Source: Phoronis australis (Eukaryota; Animalia; Phoronida). Taken from it: 64,000 nt of DNA. The position numbers were made by a program, and so were the translations under genes. Position 1 is the first letter of the stretch. Each line of letters begins with the position of its first letter. The stretch spans positions 702,707 through 766,706 of the forward strand of contig NMRA01000152.1 in NCBI GenBank assembly GCA_002633005.1, given 5' to 3'. The notes under the pieces are model-generated. The model did no database searches. It saw nothing but the letters and a program-made list of their open reading frames with translations, and had not been told where the DNA came from. Shown one piece after another: positions 12,040-23,145 of this stretch.

Positions 12040-13306
12040 TATTTGTGTTTTGGTATACCTGAACAGACGGACATCAATGTAAACTTCAATTTTACCTTTA
12101 CTCTGTTCAGTATTATTTGTTCTGTTATTGGCCTTTCAGTATAGAAGTGGTCAAGTGCAGCAACTTGTAAGTCTGCCTTTTCATACTGGTATCTGGCAGT
12201 CACATCATGTCCTGTCAAGGCACAGTAGTTTAGAACAGCTGAGCAGCAATTCTCAAATCTTCCTGGTTGCATACGAAACTCAACTGGACGAGGAGGATCA
12301 GTAAGTCCAGAGTTTTTGATGCCTTGTAGATTTTCAGCCTTAATAGGTGACCCTGAAAAACAGCACAGGTTACATTAACATATCAGAAGTAGAGTGATCA
12401 AAAAGGAGACGGCAAAACTGTTGCAACCTGGGCGATCACAACTTTTGTAGGTTGTTACTTCATCTTGATCAAAAGTTGCACAACATTCTTTTAATCAATT
12501 TCACCAGCATTATCACACAAATATCAATCTTCATAAAAGTAAGTACAATGTTTGCACACTTATGAAAAATACCTGTATACTTCTTTGATGGTTGGTGGAA
12601 AGTTTGGAGATTATCTGTGCATCCTGTGTTGATGCTTTCCTGTCTTCTTTAATGACAACAAACCAAACAGCAATGCTTTCACATGCTTGCACGTGCTGAA
12701 CGGACCTTTGTCGGCAGGACATTGGGTATTCTGAAGTGCACCGTTGAGACTCAGTTTAACCTGCAGAGAGTAGCTAAGCTGGAAAAGAAATTATGCACAA
12801 ATGCACAACTACAGAACCATACCAGATTACACTAGTCAACAACAAGAAAGGTGTTGGTAACACAGCAAGTAATCAATGTAGTTCGAAATTTGAATTCAAA
12901 TGGCATACATTTTATTGCTATAAATGAAAAGGTGAAAACCTTATAAGCCTAGAACAAGAATTTAATTATTGTGATTGTCAGCTCAATGTAGTAACTTACA
13001 GATTTTTTCATAGCCGCCTTACAAATGCCACTCAAACACAGCATCTGCAACTTCAACAAAGCTCCAAGCCTCCACTCGACTGGACTCCAAAAGCAGCTTT
13101 CCTTTTTTTAGGGACTGGCTGTTATCACTTCCAAGCCACAGTGTTATGTAACCGATGACATTTGGCTCCGTAATTCCAGGTAAATGGCCAAGATTTTCTA
13201 CAGTCACTTGTCGGAACCGGAGGTTGGACAACACCACTTCTTCCTGAATAGTTAATGTATTGCCGAAATTGTCATTGCGATCATACGCCTCCAACCTAAA
13301 AGCCAT
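12040..13306 (-). pseudogene. SWIM zinc-finger accessory gene remnant (YqaJ/lambda-exonuclease-associated type, as in ISL2EU/KolobokE)
   Basis: Exon pieces read SLKKGKLLLESSRVEA..SGICKAAMKK|gtaagt, TQCPADKGPFSTCKHVKALL (SWIM-like CP..GP..TCKH), TFHQPSKKYT|GSPIKAEN..DPPRP..AALDH. Frameshifts are present and no exonuclease core is seen. Confidence 0.6.
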
Positions 13307-13797
13307 AGTTGATGTTTCCTGAAGCTAAGTCAATGCTTGTTCTCAAACTGTAAATGTGCAAGGGTTATAAAATCACCTGCAGATTATCATTTAATAAGTA
13401 GTGTTTAAAATATGATAAGCAAAAGTATGTGTCGATAAAACGACAGCCACCTTACTACAGTCCTTATGAAAAAGAAAGTGAGAATACTACTTGATTTCCA
13501 TGAAATTCCATTTAGATCCTTACTAAATCATCCATTATAGTCAGAAATGCCAGTGAGAACCCAGTGGAAATTGAACAGCTGTGGCAACTTTTTTGTCTTT
13601 CTTGTATCATCTGAATCTTCGTAATTTATTGGCCAAATATGAGTTCTTCAACTTCACTTAGTTTTGACTTTTGGTGAGTCGAGTCTCCTTGCTATCAAGC
13701 CTAATCTCAGTTAAGGGATTCGAATAGCTCAGAAGTCATAAAATCCACTTAACATGAAGATAATTAATTAAAAGTGACCAGCAAAATTGTTTGTTAA

Positions 13798-14102
13798 AGC
13801 TATGGTCACAACCCGCCGTGCGTGTTTATTGTTCGTACGTTTTCTGCGGACGCCACGGGCACCACGTTTTTCTGAAAACGTGAGTAGGGAGTGGCAAGCG
13901 CAGGGAGGACGTACGTCAACGCACGTTACCCGTAAGGTGTAAGTGCATGACACGTACGGCACGCCTGGCCGTGGGCGGCAGCTTTCAGCATACGTTGCGC
14001 ACGTGGTAAGTGAGTTGTGCGTGCGTGTATCGTGCTTACCACGTACAATCTCCGTGCGATTGCCACGTTGTCGTACGGAGGCCGTACGTACACATGCAGC
14101 TG
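13798..14102. mobile_element. CpG-rich non-autonomous DNA transposon end, truncated by an assembly gap
   Basis: Abrupt switch to CpG-rich sequence starting after TAA at AGCTATGGTCACA (Harbinger-like terminus), with many CGTACG/CACGT motifs. It ends at the n at 14103. Confidence 0.45.
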
Positions 14103-14103
14103 N

Positions 14104-14525
14104 CACTGTCCCCAAATTCATGAACAACAACTTGTTTATTTTTCCAAGTGAGTTTAGACAATTCATCTATTTGACTTTTATACTGACTGAAAGCTAAATT
14201 TAAATTAGTGCAAGAGTCCAGTGCTTTAAAACAAGCAAATATTTTAGTGTTTTCTCTGGAATTAGGATTTTTAGTGAAGATTTGAAAGTTAAGTTTGAAA
14301 CTACATCTACCTTTATCTCCTTATTTAATCTAAATTTCATCCTGTCGCATGCCATATTTCCAATATAAAAGGCAATGATAATTGTATCGATTCAAATAAA
14401 TTCCTATCAACTCAGATAAATGTGTTCAAAATACAAAATTGCTGATTTTATAATCACGCCATTTACACTGTTGGGATGCTATGTCCAGAACCTCAAAATC
14501 TGTTTTTGCATGCGATACTCCTCAT
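14104..14525. repeat. Local duplication block A (second copy ~17055-17483)
   Basis: CTGTCCCCAAATTCATGAACAACAACTTG..GCATGCGATA.TCCTCATCAC is near-identical in both places. Confidence 0.92.
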
Positions 14526-15189
14526 CACCCCGCTCAGAATTTTATCTCTCCTCTCACACTTTTTTCAGCCTCTTCAGCAGTAGTTGTATTCAGCATCTGC
14601 TTGATTTTTGTTATTTGGCTCCAGGTAATGTTGGCATATGATTGTACAGCAAGTCCAAATTTTGCAGAAATTTTCTTTGACTGCTCACTGTTCATCATGT
14701 CATGCCAATTGGTGTTTCTATTTGAAGTTTGCCTTCTGGGGACAAATCAAACGGGTCTTTCTTTTTGCACCATTTGATGCATTTCTCCACAAGCTTTTTT
14801 AATTTCGTCCCCACCAAACAATTTTCAAAGATTTCTTGAACACCTTTTCTACAGTTGTGAGCCAGGACTTAGAGGGCTTGTATTGTTTAGCTGGAGGCCT
14901 TACTGCCACCAAGACTCCTTCTTCCACGCCTTTAACCAATTCCGACAAAGTAAAACCGTCTAAAATGCAACGACAATAAGTATATTTAGACACACTATTC
15001 TAAACCTGCAAGGCTTCAAGTGCTCTATAACAAATCATATCTGAAAAAATGAATTGCTGCTCTTGTAACAAGTCTTGTCATGTATCCTGGGTAAACTTTT
15101 CAAGTCCTCTTCATTGACGCTTTTTTCTATTCGCCTCAGTCTGTGAATGAAGCATTTGTATTGTTTAGGTTTTTTCTTTTGGCACTGTA

Positions 15190-15760
15190 AAAATCACGGA
15201 GGGGATGTGTGTTTTGATGTCATTTTGTGACAGTGCAGTTTGTGGTGCGCTGGAGTTCATGCAACCGTGACTTGTTTGTCCTGAAGACAAGTGGTGTTCT
15301 TGATGTATCGTTATAGACAGGAATTAGCACTGTTTTCAGGCACGGTTAGTCCTGATGCCTCTGCCAGCTTCACCGTGGATTTCCCTTGTCCCAGGGTTCT
15401 TGAATGAATGGCTGAATGACACAGCCCGGTGAAGTTTCGTGTATATCTTGTTGTTTTTGGTGCATACGCGTAAACAGCTGCATTCAAACTTTCGCTGATG
15501 TTTGTGTTGAACGGGCATTGCATATCTCTTAGCTGTTTCAGGTCGAAGTACGAATTGATTTTTGTTTGAACTGTTTTCAAGTCCCTTTCGCTCAGTTCTA
15601 GATGCCAATCTTATGGCAAATGGCTGTTCTTGTAGTTGCTATGGTGTGCAATGCACACAAACAACAGCTCGCGACATCGCTAGTGTTGTCCCGAAAAACA
15701 GCGAGTAACATTGTCCACGGCAACAGCTCCAACTTTCAAAAAATCCTTTCTTTTGATTCC
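15190..15760 (-). pseudogene. Kolobok-type (KolobokP-like) DDD/E transposase C-terminal remnant
   Basis: DNVTRCFSGQH*RCRELLFVC..HLP*..LSERDLKTVQTKINSYFDLKQL..NTNISESLNAAVYAYAPKTTRYTRNFTGLCHSAIHS. It has the N..ES.N..PK catalytic-Glu motif and in-frame stops, and is flanked by ~115-bp direct repeats (15061-15175 and 15820-15935). Confidence 0.6.
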
Positions 15761-16320
15761 TCTTTTTAGGTTCATGAGTTCCTTTCACACTCTGGCTCAT
15801 ACAGTAGACGAAAGTTTCCTCTTGTAACAAGTCTTGTCATGTAACCTGGGCAAACTTTTCAAGTCCGCTTCATTAACGCTTTTTTCCATTGGCCTCAGTC
15901 TGTGAATGAAGCATTTGTAGTGTTTAGTTTTTCTTTTGACGTGGGTGCCTTTGCTTCTTGGCTACTTGCATCGGTTGTACAATCACGCATAAAAGCTTCA
16001 CTCCTGAACTGTAGAAATAAATAGGTATACATACTGCAAGAAACATACCAAGGTATCAATGTAATAAACACCATATCATTGGACTTTCTGTGTTTACAAG
16101 ATTAGAGCAAATGCAGAAATTCGTAGTCATAAGTTAAATGTTGAAAGCTAATTCAACAGTCTGTGGCATCAAACATAATTACACCATTTCCAATATCATT
16201 TTTCATATAATGGAAGTATCAGGCAATCTGTTATCATGCAACAAAAATATTGTCTTGTCCCTCTGGTTTAAATGAAATCACTTAGTTTTCATGTGTCAAA
16301 TGAGTATTATAGAGCATGCT

Positions 16321-17065
16321 TTCCCCCACATTTACTAACTGTGCTCAAGAGAACACTTCACTATAGAGCATCGCCCAATGCAGTTCCAATCTCTTATACT
16401 TTTATTTACTATCCAAACAGACGTTTGCATTCTCCTTCGAACTGTTCAGGTAGTCTCTGCTGAATATGCCATTTTCGAGTGTTTTTCATCGCTAACGGTG
16501 CTAAAGAGATCAACCTCGCCATCCTGTAATTCCTCAACTCTTTCTCCAGGTTACTAATTTCTCTCCTTAAGTATAATATTTTCAGGCATTCAACATGCAA
16601 GTTGTATAGAGTGCCTTCTGTTGCTTTCTCCACGTTAGTCATGCCCCCTTGTGGTGTACCCACGTAAAAACTTTATTACCTAACCAACCCTGGGTTACAA
16701 CATATATATACACAACACCTATGCTAACTCTTGGTGAATATCATGGCAAGACATGGTGCTTTATTATTACTCCTAACACGATGTGTAATCATGGAATACA
16801 TTATACATGCAAAGAGGTCATTTAAAGATGAGTTCATACACTACATCTGGATATTATGGACTTTGCTTTGATTTCTCACCCCCAGACTCTAACAAAAAAC
16901 ATTCAAAATCATGTTTCAGTTGCTCAATTGATCGACTATAAGCATTACCTCTTGGTCACAATTTAATTTGTTAACTGTGTCCATCAGGCAACCGAAGGAA
17001 ACAATGGTATGTTCCACTGGCACCTGCAATTCCATTAACTTTTGTCATATAATCCCTGTCCCCAA
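16321..17065. repeat. Local duplication block B (second copy ~17937-18692)
   Basis: CCCACATTT.CTAACTGTGCTCAAGAGAACAC..AAGGAAACAATGGTATGTTCCACTGGCACCTG..CTGTCCCCAAAT is shared, with indels. Confidence 0.92.
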
Positions 17066-17519
17066 ATTCATGAACAACAACTTGTTTATTTTTCCAAGTG
17101 AGTTTAGACAATTCATCAATTTGAGTTTTATACTGACTGAAAGCTAAATTTAAATTAGTGCAAGATTCCAGTGCTTTAAAACAAGCAAAGTTTTTAGTGT
17201 TTTCTCTGGAATTAGGATTTTTAGTGTTACAGATTTGAAAGTTAAGTTTGAAACTACATCTACCTTCATCACCTCTTATTTAATCTAAATTTCATCCTGT
17301 CGCATGCCATATTTCCAATATAAAAGGCAATGATAATTGTATTGATTCAAATAGATTCCTATCCACTCAGATAAACGTGTTCAAAATACAAAAATTGCTG
17401 ATTTTATAATCACGCCATTTACACTGTTGGGATGCTATGTCCAGAACCTCAAAATCTGTTTTTGCATGCGATATTCCTCATCACATCATTTCTAACATTG
17501 TCACAATCTTAAACATTGA

Positions 17520-17936
17520 AGTTTACTGCAAATTTTGTGCAAGCACTTTTTCACCTATTCCTGAGAACACTTTTCACCAATAAAGTTTCCTGCAACTTTC
17601 CCGCAAACACTTTTTCACCTATAAAGTTTCCTGCATCTTTCTCGCAAACACTTTTTCATCAATAAAGTTTCCTGCAACTTTCCCGCAAACACTTTTTCAC
17701 TAATAAAGTTTCCTGCAACTTTCCCGCAAACTTTTTTTTCAATCACCAACTTTGCGGTAACATTCCTGCAAACTTCAGTGTTTGCAGCAAGGTTGCGGCA
17801 ATGTGTGCGGCTGAGTTGCGGGTAGCGGCAAACTCCTGCAAACTTTGCAGCTGGTTTGCTGCAAACAAAATTGTTTGCCGCAAGCTTGCGGCATGGTTGC
17901 TTCAAGCTTGCGGCAAACATGGTCTTTTGGTATGGG
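17520..17936 (-). mobile_element. One end of a CMC/EnSpm-like element with ~41-bp subterminal tandem repeats
   Basis: 4-5 tandem units of AACACTTTTTCAC.AATAAAGTTTCCTGCAACTTTCCCGCA (17545-17735), then many TTGCGGCA/TGCCGCAA motifs and a terminus reading CCCATACCAAAAGACCATGTTTGCCGCAAG on the minus strand. Confidence 0.55.
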
Positions 17937-20182
17937 TTCCTCCCACATTTGCTAACTGTGCTCAAGAGAACACCTCCACTATAGAGCATCGCCCCTATGC
18001 AATTCCAATCTCCTGGAACCCAGTCACTGAAGCAAGTGTTGTGAAGTCACTATACTTTTATTTAGTATCCAAACAGACGTTTGCATTCTCCTTCCAACTG
18101 TTCAGGTAGTCTTTGCTGAATATGCCATTTTCTAGTGTTATTTGTGGCTAGCAGTCCTCGTCATCATCGTCTAATTCCTCAACTCCTTCAGGTTACTAAT
18201 TTCTCTCCTTAAGTATTTTGAGACATTCAACATGCAAGTTGTATAGACTGCCATCTGTTTCTTTCCCCATGTTAGTCATGACCCCTTGTGGTGTACCCAC
18301 GCAATAACTTCATTACCTATTACCTAACCAACGCTGGATTACAACATAAATACACAACACCTATGCTAACTCTATGAATATCATGGCGTTCTATTTCAAG
18401 CAAGTCATGGTGGTAATGATTATTACTCCTAAAATTACGTGTAAATATGGAATAAAATACATGCACAGAGGTCATTCAAAAATGAGTTCATACACTACAT
18501 TAGGATATTATGGGCTTTGCTTTGATTAATCACCCCCCACTCTAACAAAAACCATTCGTAATCATGTTTCAGTCACCCAATTGATCGACTATGTCGTAAT
18601 TTGATTTGTCAGTCAACCAAAGGAAACAATGGTATGTTCCACTGGCACCTGTGATTCCATTAACTTTTGTCAGATAATCACTGTCCCCAAATCCACTGAA
18701 GAGCTTCTTGCCCCCATACAATATGGAGACAACAAGTTTTGGACAGGTTTTACACGTTCTGTGCCACCAAGTGGCCATTTTTGTACTAATAAATACCCCC
18801 TGAAGCATACCGTTTGCAGTGCAATTGTGGTTGCAGTTCGACTTCTGTTGATGATGTTTATCAGAAATTTGGTTCTGTAAATCTTGGAGATATATTTTTC
18901 CATGTTTTAAAATTACTGTTTGCTTGAGGCGTATTTACTAGCTGTCTTAGGAAAGTGCTGTCAACAGCCCTTCAATGAAACAAAGGGGATGTATCAGGCC
19001 ATATAGACCTTGGTAGAACAATGTTGTGACATTGTTTTTCCTCAGTCTGTTTGACCAGATATCACACTTTGGGATGGGGGGGGGGAGTTATTGCATATTT
19101 GTCTAATATTGTCATTGTGATCAACCAGTCTAGTGCTGACCCTGATTGTAATCTGTCTTGGCCCATCATGCCATACTGTGACTATATTGTAAACTGTTAT
19201 TCTGATCAGCTGTGGTCAAGTTTGATTTCGTGTGACTATTGCAAAATGTCGTTGTGAACCAACCACTAGTTGTGTTGACATTGCAATTGCATTGTTTGGT
19301 GAACATTTGTCTTTGTCTTTGTCATGTTTATGTTGAAATAAAAAATAAACTTGAAGGCAGTTTTTCTTTTCTGAAATTCTCTGTCTCTGTTTTGTCATGG
19401 GTAGCATTTAGTTCTTACATGAACAGAAATGAAGTTTATGAGATAGAAGCAAAGTTTGCAAGAGTAGAATTGTTGTTTATTCTTATAGAAATTCAGTTGA
19501 CAAGAAGATTGCCTTTCCTGAGGTCATACGAGTTTGATGTGTTCATGGGAGAGGCTTGTTTTAAATAAGTGTTTAACTACATCTTGGGTGCGTGTATTCC
19601 GTGAATGCTGATTCCCTACACTACCTGGTACGGTGCTACATCAGACATTGCACTAAAACAAAGATATAGATATGCAACAGAGGGATGGTCTACCATGACT
19701 TAAACGGTTACTCGAATACCTTGTCCATAATGATATTTGTTCAGGGCACTGTGAGCATTCTTCTTCAGCGTTCCCGGCCATGTTGCTTAGTGAGTCAGGT
19801 CTTTTGGGCGAAGTCTGCAGTTCGCGGCAATGATGCCGTCGGGCCCCACAGTTTTACCTTTGAGTTCCACCGGACTGGGCCATGTCTGGCACCTTAGGGT
19901 ATCGAACGTTGGGCAGCTCTGCAGTAAATGGTCAGAGCATGAGAGTGAGACTTCTTTGCTCTGCTTCAAAGGGCTGTGACGTCACTGTCGTTCCACACCC
20001 ACACATGTACATAATTCACAAACCCTGTAAACGGGTGGTCAAGTGAAGCACCGTGATATATGTGCTCTGAATACCAAAATAATACAAGGACACTGCAAGA
20101 ACATGAATTCGGGTTTCTAATTCACCGTTAACGGAGAGCTTTACCCCAGAAAGGAAATACAATGTTAAAGGAGGAAGAGGAG

Positions 20183-20262
20183 GAGGCAGTGTGGCCTGGT
20201 GTGATACGCACCCGCTTGCTTTACTCGAGGTCATGGGTTCGAGTCTCGCTGGGACACACTGC
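20183..20262 (+). mobile_element. tRNA-derived SINE-like head
   Basis: A-box-like TGGCCTGGTG and B-box GGTTCGAGTCT at tRNA-like spacing. No complete cloverleaf can be drawn. Confidence 0.55.
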
Positions 20263-20285
20263 TAGACCCTTGAGTCTGGTTTCTA

Positions 20286-20437
20286 GCGTGCGTTCAGTAG
20301 ACGCTAGGACCTACGATAGGACCTAGCTAAAACCTAGTCAAAGTCACGTGATTTCATTTGAAAAACACGGCAATATCTCACGTAATCTCGCTAAGTCTTG
20401 GTTTTTAGCGAGGTCCTAGCGTTACTGAACGGGAGGC
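20286..20437. mobile_element. ~150-bp MITE (copy 1)
   Basis: Imperfect TIRs GCGTGCGTTCAGTAGACGCTAGGACCT and AGGTCCTAGCGTTACTGAACGGGAGGC. A close second copy lies at 50592-50732. Confidence 0.85.
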
Positions 20438-20691
20438 AGGGTTTAGGCGATTCAACAGTGGATGCGGCCTGCAGCAGGCCCATACAGAGATGACGGCAAT
20501 ACGTGGGCGCATAAAAATCAATTGACAGGAAAGCTTTTGATTGAATTGCAATACACGTGGTCATTGTAAAGTTTCATATATATTGTTGTTATTATTTTGT
20601 AAAGTTTGATGTTGATATCATTAATTGTAAAGTTTGATTATAATATTGTTAAATGCGCAATTTTTATTGACTCGCTATGAATAAAGACTCT

Positions 20692-22347
20692 AACAAATGC
20701 CACACAGAGCAGGCATAAGCAGTGTATTATACAATAACTTTGCACTATTCATGCTGAAGCCCTGGCCGTAGATACAATGCAAGCAAGTCCTGCACGCAAC
20801 TCTGTTGGCATGTCTGAGGTGAGCTTGCTAGGGTATAAGTTCTTCAATTTCGGGAAAAAATAATTGCTAAAATTGTCATTTTTCTATTTTACAGAGGGTC
20901 ACCACATTGTTGCAAATGTTTAAATTTTTACCTAATGTTGTTCGGTAATAGCACGCCATACAAATCATGCTAAAAGCAGATTAAACTTTCATGAAAAATT
21001 AATTTTGTTGAGAAATTTAACAAAATGAAATTTCACTCATTCGCCATATTGTGTCCCAAACTGAAGAATTTTTACCGCACTTTGTTTAATGTCTGAACGA
21101 GGCATTTGACTTATTTTAGCCAGAAAAAATACCATCAATCTAGGTACACTCCTGTTAGCTTCTCAGGCACGTATCAAAAATGATTGGTGACCCAGGTGTG
21201 CAAGCTCCAGTTTTCCTTTTTCTGTGCAGCCTGTGAAATGAACCTTTCAGCGTCCTTACGGGTGTTTTTAACTGATTTTCACCGGTAATTAGTCAGCAAA
21301 CGTGAGTAAGAGACTGATCTATCAGAAGCATTCTCTTCCAAATCATTATTTTTTTTTATTCCAACATAAGTCAAATCAAGGTGGAATGATCATATATATA
21401 CAATGCACGCGCGCACCCAGCCTAAAAATGAGGGGCTCGAATTTTTGAGAATGAGGATCTTTTACTAGGATTTACGGGGACTGTTCAGAGCTATGAATTG
21501 TGCATTTGCCCAACTCTCNAACAAATGCCACTCAGAGCAGGCATAAGCAGTGTATTATACAATAATTTTGCACTATTCATGCTGAAGCCCTGGCCATAGA
21601 GACAATGCAAGCAAGTCCTGCACGCAACTCTGTTGGCATATCTGAGGTGAGCTTGCTAGGGTAAAAGTTCTTCAATTTCGGGAAAAAATAATTGCTAAAA
21701 TTGTCATATTTCTATTTTGCAGAGGGTCACCACATTGTTGCAAATGTTCAAATTTTTACCAAATGTTGTTCGGTAATAGCACGCCATACAAATCATGTTA
21801 AAAGCAGATTAAACTTTCATGAAAAAGTTAATTTGGTTGAGAAATTTAACAAAATGAAATTTCATTCATTCGCCATATTGTGTCCAAAACTAAAGAATTT
21901 TTACCGCACTTTGTTTAATGTCTGAACGAGGCATTTGACTTATTTTAGCCAGAAAAAATACCATCAATCTAGGTACACTCCTGTTAGCTTCTCAGGCACG
22001 TATCAAAAATGATTGGTGACCCAGGTGTGCAAGCTCCAGTTTTCCTTTTTCTGTGCAGCCTGTGAAATGAACCTTTCAGCGTCCTTACGGGTGTTTTTAA
22101 CTGATTTTCACCGGTAATTAGTCAGCAAACGTGAGTAAGAGACTGATCTATCAGAAGCATTCTCTTCCAAATCATTATTTTTTTTTATTCCAACATAAGT
22201 CAAATCAAGGTGGAATGATCATATATATACAATGCACGCGCGCACCCAGCCTAAAAATGAGGGGCTCGAATTTTTGAGAATGAGGATCTTTTACTAGGAT
22301 TTACGGGGACCGTTCAGAGCTATGAATTGTGCATTTGCCGAACTCTC
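20692..22347. repeat. ~830-bp direct duplication straddling the n at 21520 (probable allelic overlap artefact)
   Basis: Copy 1 ends and copy 2 starts exactly at the gap character, and the copies differ only by scattered SNPs. Confidence 0.85.
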
Positions 22348-22410
22348 GTAGTTCCTGTCTTATTAGTTTGCAACTTTTTATTCGATTTTTTTTTGTTTCT
22401 CTGAAGCACA
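22250..22410. repeat. Dispersed repeat family member (related copy ~29070-29235)
   Basis: AAAATG.GGGGCTC.AATTTTTGA..GATTTACGGGG..TTCAGAGC..TGAATTGTGCATT.GCCGAA..TTTTTGTTTCTCTGA is shared. Confidence 0.75.
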
Positions 22411-22777
22411 CCTTTTTGTTCACAAAAAACTGTTACAAAAGTGATGTCACGTGATAGTAACGCATTGACGTAAACTTGATGTCAAGCTGTAGAGAAATAC
22501 AGTTTTAAAAATCAGATTGCAATAAAATAATCCATTTAGTAACATCAGGTTCCAGAACAATATATTAGTTAGAAGTACTGGCTTACAATTGCTAGTAGCA
22601 CAGCGTTCCTACCTCTTGTGAGGATTATAGCAGCAGGACACATCAGAAGGGCCACAACAGCCATTTTGTTATTTAGGCCACTTACCGTGATTATGAAATT
22701 GGTCTCTAATTTTAGTAATTAAAGTGCTTGGAAAGAACTGACGGTTCGTTATATCTTGAGAGTTGGCTTGTAGCAAC

Positions 22778-23145
22778 GTCATTTTTTCGCCAAGCATGGC
22801 CTCAATTGAATACTGAACTGACTGTCTGTTATTTACAAAACCACAACCATTTCCTATCTGTGTAGGGGACATATGTCATGGCCAACTTTTTAGCGATAAA
22901 AGGTTCGAAATCAAAATTTTATTTCTTCTATGTTACACGAATTTATTGCGAATTTAAAAACATAGTTTGCATAATGGTTGTGAAAAATACTACAACAGCG
23001 TCATTCTTCACCAAGCATGGTCTCGATTGAGTAGCAGACCAAAATCACCTTTTAATCACGGTATGTAAAGGAAATGTCATGACTTTATAGCGGTACAACT
23101 AGAGGTCTGAATTCAAAATTTGGTGTCTTTTATGTTACACGGGAA
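22778..23145. repeat. Diverged two-copy tandem duplication
   Basis: GTCATT.TTC.CCAAGCATGG.CTC.ATTGA..TGTCATG..TCAAAATTT..TATGTTACACG occurs at ~22778 and again at ~23000. Confidence 0.65.

Noticed and set aside
17545-17735. 41-bp repeats as a CRISPR-like array
   Set aside because: Units are head-to-tail with no unique spacers, the context is eukaryotic, and no cas-like ORFs are present.
20183-20262. Functional tRNA gene (also the GGTTCGAATCC B-box near 27810)
   Set aside because: No consistent acceptor or anticodon stems can be drawn; better explained as SINE-derived.
20692-22347. 830-bp direct repeat as an LTR pair or KolobokP long terminal direct repeats
   Set aside because: The copies abut exactly at the n gap with nothing between them and differ only by SNPs, typical of an uncollapsed allelic contig overlap.
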